Of a stretch of DNA of 64,000 bases, positions 38,101 to 48,200 are shown piece by piece. Each line of letters starts with the position of its first letter. Positions within the stretch are counted from its first letter, which is position 1. Made by a program: the position numbers and the translations under genes. Under the pieces are notes generated by a model that ran no database searches, was not told the origin of the DNA, and saw only the letters and a program-made list of their open reading frames with translations. The DNA comes from a virus: positions 32,001-96,000 of IMG/VR virus record IMGVR_UViG_3300025120_000001; one strand, 5' to 3'.

Positions 38101-38293
38101 ATCTTACATCTGTATCTGAAGGACCCGATGCTTCATTTGAATGAGAGTTAAATGTTGTCAATCCATAATTTTGTTGGTCGCCTGTAACATGACCACCATG
38201 TGACATCTTAACCAATTCACCATCAATCAATTCAAAACCTTCAGGTAGATTTTCTATACGAACTTTATATTTAGTATTTTTAATTTTTGGCAT
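35129..38293 (-). CDS. Cargo protein (about 1054 aa; likely start MPKIK) with IEAEGGE/GPxHxxGG domain, Cys cluster and Q/N/A-rich C-terminal helix
   Basis: ATG 1 nt after the upstream stop; motif composition typical of crAss-like internal proteins. Confidence 0.7.
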   Translation of the reverse strand: MPKIKNTKYKVRIENLPEGFELIDGELVKMSHGGHVTGDQQNYGLTTFNSHSNEASGPSDTDVRYSLSSVPRDIANIEAEGGETVLTDLNNDGQFGLYDISGPRHGSGGVPMFLPEQSFIYSDTQKMKMGKEMLADHGIKSRKKITPAKVSKQYELNKYYGLLNDEYADKIQADTADLMLQKNKEGLSKLAFGQEMMKGFEDGLPLAAYPYVQAIGIDPFEFAQKVEGLQQFTGDQQAQPMNQADTQAMNPMAAYGRELAKAQTGLGDPTQLLNVFKQQQGPGSAYFNELINNDYASSQNIVADAQMQNANPAMGPTPYQQKMQKLATEQTAAPSIYDGQGSMTDPEKEKEGPGLGTRLNTAMQGFMKSPGMNAFKETSNFAVNLAGGINERFKDVKGKQAKEDMMKMSMADNMMGTSYDPNMSRGVWDTNTGLINKNMEGDASVSGGFAGYSGYGQDGMEVRDRQNALQMFIDGVQNGSIDPNVASPREMEFASQGITMMQSGGEPSWKAGDELMGGTDSWTDWYNSDENEEGRLKRYETYKLLQKARGVDEADLPSEEDFHSNYIRGERQVNAIQDFYKDDQDYLKEAGWDDGTNSSYYNKAITDINAKIKADNPDATPEELAEMTYTALDEAGVRQFQGAYQAGQVYDVAEGDDLLNFVQSGVDDDQWTYNGVTYDISPVDGAFGNTTVGQRENTTVPEYPCQPCPDGPDKGKVLPRDENGKCPCGECPQCPEGSEPGTPTASEPCPCTEKRKTPEVPETELPPPSAVKSPWIQDIIKTQAIADRERDMFLPYQPPVRRNYMDAVLEDPTRQIAAINSGRAASEQALGAFAGPQQMAARSAQGQGQAIDAIANAVGGVNSRNVQTLNNANRMNAQLDSQFNQLEDSRNTKLYDDTAKTLQTYMDEKNFDREQYADATANMITNASNTYNMNQMYDYFNVDPLSGGDISQSGSKAFNPQPEGDRWAFMDDYMEAARQAKAAGLTDKDGNVDPNVMSSLVQQANARGYQGDPREARWKAQARQQGAGGYQNKRGGEKKKKKWATPFYTGKMGI

Positions 38294-38294
38294 A

Positions 38295-41200
38295 TTATAA
38301 TATTTTAACGCTGCCACCAGCAGCCATTATTTTTGCAATTTGCTCTGTAGATAATTCTACTGAATCCATATCATGAGGGCTTGCCTTTTTATAAGATCTA
38401 GCTTTAGGGCTTGCCTCTTGTATCTCTTGTAGTAATTGTTGTAAATATTCTTTCATCTGCATAAGCTGTTCAGGATTCATGGCTTGTTGCATCATTTGAG
38501 CCTGACCTTGAGGATCCATCATTTGTTGTGCTAAATCATTCATGTATTGCATCTCCATCATTCTAGGATCACTAGGTTGCATGTTAGGTTGCATTTGACG
38601 TGGTTGTTCCGATTGATTTATCATACCACCCATTTGTTTAAACATTGCATCATACTCAGCTTGAATAGCATCTCTTTCTTGCTCTAATCTTGGTGTAGCT
38701 CCTACATATCTCATTACACCTGAGTCATCCGTATAGTAATTATCTTCGCCTGTTCTCATTGGATCACCTTCAAAGTTTCTTGACTTATATCCGTCATATA
38801 CACCTCCTGGATTATTATATAAATCTAAAACCTCATCATCCCCATAACCTGCAGATATTACACTATGCTGTGAGCCACTAGATGCACCACCTGGTTGATT
38901 ATACATATGACCTCTAATTAGATCTCCTTCTTGTGTTGGCATAGTCCCTTTAGGTTGAAGTTCAAATCCCATTTGCTCAGCGTAAGAATTAAATTGAGCA
39001 TTTCCTGGTATCATAGGAATCTTATCACCAGGACCATATGTTCTACCATTTACCGTAAACTCTTCCTGACCTTCAGGAATTGTAACTCCAGCATCTCTCA
39101 TTATTTGACAGGAATATGTATTACAAGCAAAGCCCGTATTATCTACCCATTTTGCTAAGTTATCAGATATTCCAGCTTGTGAAGCGGATGCATTAGCATC
39201 TCCAAGTTCTCTAGCTCTTGCTGATACAGCTCCTCTAACATCTGTTACTCTAGACATCTCTGTATCATATGCAGCATTGGCAGCATTAAGTCTTTCTTGC
39301 ATTGCTAGTTGTTCTGGAGTTAACTCTGGAACTACAGTTTCTTCACCACCCTCTTGACGCATTTTTGTACCTAGTCTTGAAAACTGAGTAGGTTTATTTC
39401 TAACCAATTTATCTTTACTCCAATTCCAAGGTTGTATGTTATGACCAAACTTACTTAACTTAGTAAAAGTATGATCTGGTCTACGCTCTCTTCCGTGAGG
39501 TTTATTACCACCTCTTTCAATTCTTTTTGCTTGTCTTTCATTCTTGCGAAAATCTCTATCTCCCTGTCTTTCTTCTGGACTTCTTTTAAATATACCCGGG
39601 CTACTATTTCTAACTCTACTTCCATCATCTACAGGACCTAATCCAGAACCTCCTCCAGGTCTTGGACCAGTTGCGCCTGCAGTAGCACCTTGTTGACTTA
39701 ACATGCTCTGTTTAACCATATCTAAACCATCATTTAAAAACTGTCTTTGTGATGGACTAGCATTTGTTATTTTTGATTTTGCTTCATCTGTATTAAAAAT
39801 TGAAGGTTCTCTTTCGCCACCCTCTTGAGCAAAAGGAAGACCAAATCCTCCACCCATTTGCATAGGCGGCATTGTCCCAACACCTTCTTGCATGATCTCT
39901 GGACTTGGGCCTTTCATCTGTCTTTGCATTTGCATCATCAGTTGATCCATCTGCATTTTATGTTGCTGTTGCATCCTTCTAATGACATCCTCATACTGTC
40001 TAACTATAGCTTCTTGATTTTGAACATGACCCATTTCAGGTTTACTATTTCCTATTATTTCTGCCACTATCTCTTTTCCATTCTGACCTTTCTGAATTCC
40101 GTTCATTATTTTTTGTTGAACCGCAGGAGGAAGGGCATTGAAACCCGGGTTATTATAGGAACCACCATTCTTGTAATTTTGCATCATCATATTATTTAAA
40201 TTTTCTTGACTATCTTCGGGTAACTCTGCATCTTTATCATAGTAACCTACACCACCTTTGGAATCCATTCCAAATTGCATACCCTTTGGCATATCTTTCT
40301 TATCAGTTTCAAACGCTGATCTTTGATCTGCAACATATTGTAGTTGATCTTTTTGATTTTGATCTAATCCGGACATATCACCTTGAAGTTGATTAAATGA
40401 TTTATAGCCTTCTTTTTCATAATCAAACGGTTTGTTAAGTAATTCACCTGTATTAACCTTCTCACCTTTTTTAAATAGGTTGCTGTATTTTTTCTTTTTA
40501 ATATTTGATTGATATCTAGGATCGTTATAAGCTGTTTGGTAATTTCCAGTTTCTGCATCATACTTCATCATAAGTTTATCACCGGCATTCTTCATAAGAC
40601 CTTTTGGTGTCTTGCCTTTCATAACAGCCATGGTATCCTTATGTCTATTACGTTTTGCCTTCATATCTCTAAAAGCACCATCTCCTAAACCATCTCCGTC
40701 TTTATCCTTACCACCAAATAATCTACCAGCGCCTTCCGCAACAGTAGCAAGTAAGTTTACGTTCTTACCTTTCATACCAAGATTCATTGGCATGTATGCA
40801 CTATTTATATTACCTCTAACACTATCATCTATTTGATTATAGTTTAAAGCATTATTAATACCCATTCCATACTGAGCTTGATTTAAAATCTCTCCATATC
40901 TACTAGGTTCTCCGCCTTCTTGAAAGTTATACCATTTTCCCGTATTGTAGTTTGGATCTCCACCAAAAACACTATTTAACCCATTAAGAAGCCCATCAGC
41001 TTTTTGGTATCTAGTTCCAGCATCTTGAGCTGTATTTTTAATCCATCTACCACTTTTGTAGACCGCAGATACACCATCAATAATTTTTGTTGCGCCCTCA
41101 TGCGCTATCATTCCTAAAGCTAAATCAACTGCTTTTGCATCGTTTGGATCAATCATCCAATCTGGTGTAATTTTATCTGTAATTCCGGAACCTGCTATTG

Positions 41201-42662
41201 CTGGAGCTAAACCACTTGCCATGTCTTTTACTCCCTGCGTTCTACCTTTATATTCTGAACCCCCAACTTTAGATCTACCTTTATAATTTTGTGCAAGAGT
41301 ATTGAAAACCATATCAGGATCTGTTAGTGCACCATCACCACCTTTACCAATACCAAATTTTGACGCTATATCAGCAAGACCTACTACTCCCGTAGTCTGA
41401 CCAACGTTCTTATCATCAACACCATAGGCTCTACACACACCATCAGCACAATTGTTATCTCCAAAATGATAGTCTTTTGCTGACTCTGATGCTGTAGTAT
41501 TTAAGAAGTTTGCAAGTTCATTTGAGTTTAATTGTATATCTAATGTTCTTGCATTAGATCCTTTGAGAAATGCATCCATTATCCCTTTATTCTCATAATG
41601 TTGTGCATACCTACTTCCTTTTCCAGCATTGTCATCTCCCCCGCTATCATTTTTCATAGCATAGGCCTGACCTCTTTCTTCCCATCTATTGACTAGGGCA
41701 TCTTGAACTTTATCATCATTATCTCTATACTGCAATACAGGATTGCCATTAGGATCAATCAATATAGTTTCAATATGACCAGGAGGCATATTCAAATATT
41801 CATAGTTTGTACCTTTTGGATACGCTACAACTTTTGTTGTATACCCGCTGCCTTCTTTTATAATATCCTGATAACTAGGAATAGTCTCAGAAGCTACAAC
41901 ATCTTGTGAGCTTCTTGCTGCTCTTTCCTTATCAGCCTTATCTTTTAAGTACTTTGCTTTTTGATTATTATCCCAAGCCTTTTGTTCTTCTGTGCCTTCC
42001 CACTCATCAACGTTATCTCCAAACACGTCAGCTCTAGCAGATTTCAACGGTACTTCATTTCCAGATTTCTGCAAGTCTCTCCACTTTGTGCCTTTGGCTG
42101 ACTTTGTAAAATAAGTCATTTCCCCTGTTCTAGGATCTGTAATCTTTTTATAGTGATAGCCATCACCTCTATCTGTAATTATATCTTCAATTGGAGCTGA
42201 ATAATCTAAGTCATCAACTTCTGCACCATCTTGCGCTATTGGAGTTTGGCTTGGCTGACCTTCCCTGACCATATCTACAGGTGGTCTTTTAATTTGACCT
42301 TCTGCAGGTTCTCCTTGAGTAGGTTGTATCGGACCTTCTGGTGCTGGAGCTGTTTGTTGTTCTTGCAATTCATTCATTGCACCCATTATCTCTTGTTCAC
42401 TTAATCCAGCAGATACAAGACCTTGCTGAATTGCTTCCATTGGAACCTCATTCTGAGCTAAGGTCATAATTAATTGAGCCAAGGGCATTCCTTGTTCTAT
42501 TGCTGATTTAATCGCAGGTACTAATTGTTCCATTGGATCATTGGCGGAAGCCGGCATTTGATCCTGTCCTTGTGGTTGCATCTGAGGTTCTCCTCCTGTT
42601 TGCATGAAGTCTCTCATTTTTTTGCTATGCAAACTTCTATTGTTTAGATTTGAATTGTGCAT
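38295..42662 (-). CDS. Cargo polyprotein (1455 aa) with two papain-fold peptidase-like domains and Q/M-rich linkers
   Basis: GHIE...YHFGDNNCAD (permuted His-Cys order) and ACNTYS...GDLI...QHSVI (NlpC/P60/CHAP order); about 12 [FYMA]xxG(G)-type motifs. Confidence 0.7.
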   Translation of the reverse strand: MHNSNLNNRSLHSKKMRDFMQTGGEPQMQPQGQDQMPASANDPMEQLVPAIKSAIEQGMPLAQLIMTLAQNEVPMEAIQQGLVSAGLSEQEIMGAMNELQEQQTAPAPEGPIQPTQGEPAEGQIKRPPVDMVREGQPSQTPIAQDGAEVDDLDYSAPIEDIITDRGDGYHYKKITDPRTGEMTYFTKSAKGTKWRDLQKSGNEVPLKSARADVFGDNVDEWEGTEEQKAWDNNQKAKYLKDKADKERAARSSQDVVASETIPSYQDIIKEGSGYTTKVVAYPKGTNYEYLNMPPGHIETILIDPNGNPVLQYRDNDDKVQDALVNRWEERGQAYAMKNDSGGDDNAGKGSRYAQHYENKGIMDAFLKGSNARTLDIQLNSNELANFLNTTASESAKDYHFGDNNCADGVCRAYGVDDKNVGQTTGVVGLADIASKFGIGKGGDGALTDPDMVFNTLAQNYKGRSKVGGSEYKGRTQGVKDMASGLAPAIAGSGITDKITPDWMIDPNDAKAVDLALGMIAHEGATKIIDGVSAVYKSGRWIKNTAQDAGTRYQKADGLLNGLNSVFGGDPNYNTGKWYNFQEGGEPSRYGEILNQAQYGMGINNALNYNQIDDSVRGNINSAYMPMNLGMKGKNVNLLATVAEGAGRLFGGKDKDGDGLGDGAFRDMKAKRNRHKDTMAVMKGKTPKGLMKNAGDKLMMKYDAETGNYQTAYNDPRYQSNIKKKKYSNLFKKGEKVNTGELLNKPFDYEKEGYKSFNQLQGDMSGLDQNQKDQLQYVADQRSAFETDKKDMPKGMQFGMDSKGGVGYYDKDAELPEDSQENLNNMMMQNYKNGGSYNNPGFNALPPAVQQKIMNGIQKGQNGKEIVAEIIGNSKPEMGHVQNQEAIVRQYEDVIRRMQQQHKMQMDQLMMQMQRQMKGPSPEIMQEGVGTMPPMQMGGGFGLPFAQEGGEREPSIFNTDEAKSKITNASPSQRQFLNDGLDMVKQSMLSQQGATAGATGPRPGGGSGLGPVDDGSRVRNSSPGIFKRSPEERQGDRDFRKNERQAKRIERGGNKPHGRERRPDHTFTKLSKFGHNIQPWNWSKDKLVRNKPTQFSRLGTKMRQEGGEETVVPELTPEQLAMQERLNAANAAYDTEMSRVTDVRGAVSARARELGDANASASQAGISDNLAKWVDNTGFACNTYSCQIMRDAGVTIPEGQEEFTVNGRTYGPGDKIPMIPGNAQFNSYAEQMGFELQPKGTMPTQEGDLIRGHMYNQPGGASSGSQHSVISAGYGDDEVLDLYNNPGGVYDGYKSRNFEGDPMRTGEDNYYTDDSGVMRYVGATPRLEQERDAIQAEYDAMFKQMGGMINQSEQPRQMQPNMQPSDPRMMEMQYMNDLAQQMMDPQGQAQMMQQAMNPEQLMQMKEYLQQLLQEIQEASPKARSYKKASPHDMDSVELSTEQIAKIMAAGGSVKIL

Positions 42663-42685
42663 TTTTTAATTTATTGGATACAATT

Positions 42686-42697
42686 ATAATATACGAA
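42686..42697 (-). promoter_or_regulatory. Putative late promoter TTCGTATATTAT
   Basis: Shared motif; TTAG 20 nt upstream. Confidence 0.65.
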
Positions 42698-42725
42698 TAA
42701 TTGGTAACATTTACTAATTTAGGGT

Positions 42726-45293
42726 TTAAGATATCATTGTAGTCATTATGTAATTAGAAGGGTGCATGTTATTTACCTTAGCCTCTCTATAATAAACTCT
42801 ATTAAGTTTATCATAGTTTTTCTGTGCTTTCTGACTTTCATCTTTACCTACTACATAATCTTTATACAAACCTAATTCTGGAGAAAGTTTAGGTCCTCCT
42901 ATTTTAAACTTACGTGGTACATTCTCATTATATGTATCATATAGCTGGGTTTGCATTTTTAATAATTGAGCTGGCTGTAATTGAAAAGCATCTAGATTTG
43001 ATAATTCTTCTTCTAAAAATTGTTGCTTAGCTTCAATGTCTTTAGGTGTTATCTCTCCGCCTGATTGTTTTTTAATTAGATCCATCCAGCCTTTAATGTT
43101 TTTAACATAACCGGCTCCTCCTTGAGCATCCCCAGATGTTAAAGAATAAGGTGAGTTCCAATTATAAATAAAAGCATCTATAGGACTAAGATCTGCATTA
43201 CCTGCAGTTGCTTTATCTATAACAATTTGCTCTTCTCCATCTTCATCTTTTTCATAACGTGCTGTATATCTACCCGGCCAACCCTCTTCTTCAGCAGCAG
43301 CATCAAGGTTTTTCTGAATTTCTTCTAGACTATCCATAGATCCTAGACCTAAAAAATTAATTCCAGTAAAAAGATCTACATTTACTCCACCATCAGTTTC
43401 AAACTCTTTGCCATCATATTTAATGTCACTCTTCCAGTCTTTAGCTTTACCTTTCCAAGTTGGCGGACGGTAAGTTCTTACACCTTGTTTTCCTTTACCT
43501 TTCTTTAAATTCTTTTGAGCTGCTAAATAATTTCTTGATCCATAAATCATAGAAGCAATGGCAGATTTATCAGAATCTTTTAAATCTGATTGTTGAGTGA
43601 TGCCGTATTTTTTAGCCAGCTTCATTAATTGTTTATCTTCTGAAATGTTACTCCACATCAATTGCGTTAATCCAGAACTATCTTGACCTAATGTTCCCGG
43701 TAAAGCTTGCTCAATATTATGTTGATAGCCTCCACCACCTTCTGTTTCTTGCATTGAAATACCTATAAGGGCAGCGGACATTTCATCATACTGATCTTCT
43801 CTAATTTTAAGATCTTCCATTAAAGAGAATTTTTTATCTTTTAATGCTTTATAGAAATCTGGGAGTTCATCATCATCCTGAAAATATGATTGATCCATTA
43901 TAGCATCTAGATTAAGATCTAATTCTTTTGGATCTTCTCCTGTGTAATAACCCTTTTCTTTTGCCCATTCTAAACCATGTCCTATATGTTCTTTTGGTAT
44001 AGTGATATTAGATATACCGCCTATTCCATACATAGTGCTTCCATCAATTGGGACATAATCCCCATAATCATAAACAACAGGAACCCCTCTTTCATCATAT
44101 CCTACAACTTGAGTACTGTGACCAGAGCTAACCATTCCGAGTTTATTATTTTCTCCTTTTTTATCTAAGTATTGATCAAATCCTATTATTGTACCTGGAG
44201 TCATATCTTTATATAACTCTTTTAGTTGTTCTTCAGTTAAGCGGCTTGACTCATTATTTGCCCAATTTTCATCAGTAGTGTTATATAAACTTTTACCCCC
44301 TTTGCCAACCATCATGCCGTGTATATCCCAACTATCTGCTGTATAATCATATTCAGTTTCTCCATATACATCCCGGCTAAAAGATGGTTGATTCTTAATC
44401 CAATTATATGTATTAGATCCTTCACCAAATCTATCATCCTCAACATCATTAGTATAATGAACAAACTCATCTGTATTTTTATCATATCCGTAACCCGTTC
44501 CAGTATCACTATCTCCAGCAGCCTGTAAACTTTGTACACCAATATTTTTCTTTAAATTCACTTCATTTAGAAAATCACCACTCGGGTATCTTTGACCAAC
44601 AAGTTTATCATAAGCATCATATGAACTAGCTAAACAACCTTTACCACGAGGATCGCAATAATACTCACCACTTTCACCTTGATTAAGTTTATCAAAATCT
44701 GCAGCAGAAATATAAAGATCATTTAAATTACTAACTCCTTTTTCTCCACCATCTTGAAAATTATGCTTAAATCCAACGTTAATTCCAAACGTAGGATTTT
44801 TTCCTAAATGAGCGCTAGGACTTACGCTAAACTCATTGCTTCCTTTTTGATACTTAAGATCTAAACCTAAGTCTAATGATCCATTTCTTGAAGCAAGTTC
44901 TTGTAATGGCTTAATGTAAGTACCGTGTATATCTAAATTTTTAGAATTAATATGACCACTATATCCAAGACTATTACTATCCATGAATGCATTACCGCGA
45001 CTTTTAATAGAAGGTTCTTCTCTATGAGGGATTTCCAAAACTACATTGCCGGGAAAATCATATTCAAAACCAGGAAACATTCTTTTTTCATTACCAAACT
45101 CATCTAAACCTGTAACTGGAAAGTCTACATCTCTCATTGTTATTCTTCCTGACGGAATTATATTAAACGGGTTATCTACATCAGGGCTATTTCTTTTATA
45201 CCCTTCTGTTGAGAAACCTGAGCTATATGTAATTTCTTCATTTGGTCCACCTGGTAAACCTCTCCTTATTATGTCCTCGTATTTGTTTATCAT
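42726..45293 (-). CDS. Cargo protein (855 aa) with NlpC/P60/CHAP-like peptidase and lytic-transglycosylase-like domains
   Basis: GCLASS...PGTIIGF...GHSTQVVGY; ISMQET...GLTQL...YNWN. Confidence 0.65.
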   Translation of the reverse strand: MINKYEDIIRRGLPGGPNEEITYSSGFSTEGYKRNSPDVDNPFNIIPSGRITMRDVDFPVTGLDEFGNEKRMFPGFEYDFPGNVVLEIPHREEPSIKSRGNAFMDSNSLGYSGHINSKNLDIHGTYIKPLQELASRNGSLDLGLDLKYQKGSNEFSVSPSAHLGKNPTFGINVGFKHNFQDGGEKGVSNLNDLYISAADFDKLNQGESGEYYCDPRGKGCLASSYDAYDKLVGQRYPSGDFLNEVNLKKNIGVQSLQAAGDSDTGTGYGYDKNTDEFVHYTNDVEDDRFGEGSNTYNWIKNQPSFSRDVYGETEYDYTADSWDIHGMMVGKGGKSLYNTTDENWANNESSRLTEEQLKELYKDMTPGTIIGFDQYLDKKGENNKLGMVSSGHSTQVVGYDERGVPVVYDYGDYVPIDGSTMYGIGGISNITIPKEHIGHGLEWAKEKGYYTGEDPKELDLNLDAIMDQSYFQDDDELPDFYKALKDKKFSLMEDLKIREDQYDEMSAALIGISMQETEGGGGYQHNIEQALPGTLGQDSSGLTQLMWSNISEDKQLMKLAKKYGITQQSDLKDSDKSAIASMIYGSRNYLAAQKNLKKGKGKQGVRTYRPPTWKGKAKDWKSDIKYDGKEFETDGGVNVDLFTGINFLGLGSMDSLEEIQKNLDAAAEEEGWPGRYTARYEKDEDGEEQIVIDKATAGNADLSPIDAFIYNWNSPYSLTSGDAQGGAGYVKNIKGWMDLIKKQSGGEITPKDIEAKQQFLEEELSNLDAFQLQPAQLLKMQTQLYDTYNENVPRKFKIGGPKLSPELGLYKDYVVGKDESQKAQKNYDKLNRVYYREAKVNNMHPSNYIMTTMIS

Positions 45294-48200
45294 CTGAATG
45301 AAAGATTAAGTTTTGAATTTACTAATTTCAGAAGCATTTTCCTATTGTTAGAAAGATTTCTTCTCAGTAATATTTTATTATAATAATGTCTGAATTTTTT
45401 TCTTTGATCTTCTGCTTTATTATAATTTAAGTTTACAGGGTTCAAATTCCTTATATAGCCATTACATTCTGTTATTAGAATATTTCTTTCCGCGTTGGTA
45501 AATTCACCTCTGTCATCTGTTACATCCCAGAACTGATTGAATCTAAACTTCTGTTCAACTTTTGAATATAGTATTTGTATATCATTTGAATTTATTATTG
45601 GATATGTAAGTGCATTCAAAGGATCTTCTTTTGGTTCTAGCTCTAATCTTAATAATCCTGATACTTGTTCTGAGTTATAAATTATAGACTCATCAAAATT
45701 AAAATCAAGATCATGCCATCTATCATCTCCACATGCATTGAATTGATCTCCTTTATACACATAGCTTTCTAATTGATATTCAAGACTACGTATTGTCATT
45801 ACGTTTTGACCAGTGTGTTCAACTAATTCAACTTCCCATGGATAATCTATACCATAATAATTTGCAAATAAATCACATCTATAATTATGTCTCCATATAC
45901 CTCCTATATCAAAATTAGGTTCAGTACTTTCTAATAAATTATATGTACACATCCTTGGATTAGGATTTATATAATTAGGATTTCCATTTGGACCTGCTTG
46001 ATAAACATCATCGCAGTCACCTGATTGTATAACAATGGCATCCGGATCTGAACCAGGAGGGCATAAGCATGTTACAGTTCTACAAATAGGCGGTGGTATA
46101 TCACCATCAAAGCAATCACCATCAGGATTTGTAAAGTTTCTGGCTATTGGATCATAGTAAACAAGAGTTCCTCCACCTACAGATTCACATTCACAGTCTC
46201 CTGCTAAAGGTACAGTTTCAATTTCAATACATTGCAATTGACCACCGCAATTTGTTAAAATACCACCGTTAGGGCAGCTGCAACCTATTGTTGTTCCTAT
46301 TTCAAATATACCACCTAGCGTTGCCTCTCTTGTTGAATATAGAGTAACTGTAGCTAATGTAGCATCATCTGTTATTGTAGCTAATGTAGCGGCATCAGCA
46401 TCATAAACCTCTGCGCCAAATGAAGCATAAGATCCATCATTATAACCTTCTAGTGTAATAATGTTTGTACCCGGATTAAGAGTAATTGGAATAACATGCC
46501 AGTATTTAAAGTTATTCGTGTCACTATTATTAAGCTGTACTGTAAGATCTCCATTAACTGAAAACCTAGTTCTGTTGTCTGCGGCAATACCAATACAATA
46601 CTCTTTTTGTACTTCAACTTGAACACAAACTGTAAACCCTATCCATTCTCCAACCGGTTGAGGGTTGTTTCCTGCTTCAGTCCATACACCAACTGTATTT
46701 AATCTATTTCTCCACAGGTCGCATGAAGAACTCCATGACCCGCAAGGATCAGGTAAATAGTTATCTACCAACAATTCATTACCAAGAGCATCATCTAATC
46801 TAAAAGGACTTGATGAACTTACAGATGATATAGGCAATGGTCTTCCTGTAGCACTTTCATAAAACCTTGTACCAAAGTCTCCATAAACTTCTTCTTGCTG
46901 TGCTTTATTTACCTTTATTTCTTCTCCGCAAGATACAGGAAATATTGTAAAGCTTTCACAAACACCCGTTTTCTCATTATATGTGAATCCTTCTGGACAT
47001 TCAGTTTGAATTCCAATTGGGGTATCAATAACAGTAACTCTTGCTGGTTCAGTTTGATTAATCAATCTTTCGCAATCTCTAGTTATTGCATTATAAACAT
47101 ATCCTTCCGGACATTGTGGTATATCTGTAGTACCAGATTGAGTAGTTAAGAAATGATTAATACTTGATAAATTTAATTCAGGATGCCAATCATGAAATGA
47201 TATCCATGCTTGAGATTTTGGATCATAACTAACTGTCCAAGAACAATCATTAAAGTATTGAGGATCTCCTATTTCAATACAACGTGTATTAGCAATTGGT
47301 GGAATTGATGGAATTGATGCAATCGGTTCTGCAATACCTATTACATTTGCATCAACTTCTTCAATACCTACTTGTGTATTCGTTTGATTAAGTTGAGCTG
47401 TTCTTGATCCAGGCTTTTGATAAACTGGCGGAACTAAAGGATCTTTATAATCTACATGAGGATTTAATGGAGGCAGTTTACCGCTAAATGTAAAGCAATC
47501 TGCTTCTGCATCATAGCTAACTGAGTTAAGATATTCATCTCTAACTGAATAATCTCTTTTGCAGAAGTAAACAATATCATCTGATATGTCATAAGCAACT
47601 TGACAACCAACTCCAATTACGGGATTATCAGCCAACTTGCTAAATTCTAATGCAGGATATTGACTAATAAGATTAGATGGTAAATATTTATTAAACCACC
47701 ACTTCATACCACTATTAGATATAGGCTGTAAACCTTGACCGTTTTGCTGAAACACCTTACCTTGTGCTTGTGATATAAAGAAGAAACCAAACGGAGTATT
47801 CATTACACCTCTTTGACTTTCACAAGATCCATACTCATTTGATAAATCAGAATTAACTAGATTTTGAAAAGGTTGGCTAAATAATCCGCCATCCCCAATT
47901 GTTAGCTTAGTTCCAAGATCTGTTTGTAATTGATCTAGTCCTTGAAACATTTGGGGAGATTGATAAGGAAAGAATATAACAGCCCCGCTTTTATTAGTTG
48001 GTTTAATTATGTTAACTCTATCTTTAAAGTCTTTATAGTTATTAGGTAAAAATACTCTCCAAAAATCTTTCTTTGATTCTTCTTGTGCTTGTAATGAATA
48101 TATTAATCTTTTTGGATAATTTGTAAAACAAGTTTCTGCAATTTCAGGATTATAATCTCTAGGTTGTATTACACCACCTTTAGTTAGGTTAGTTGCAAAT

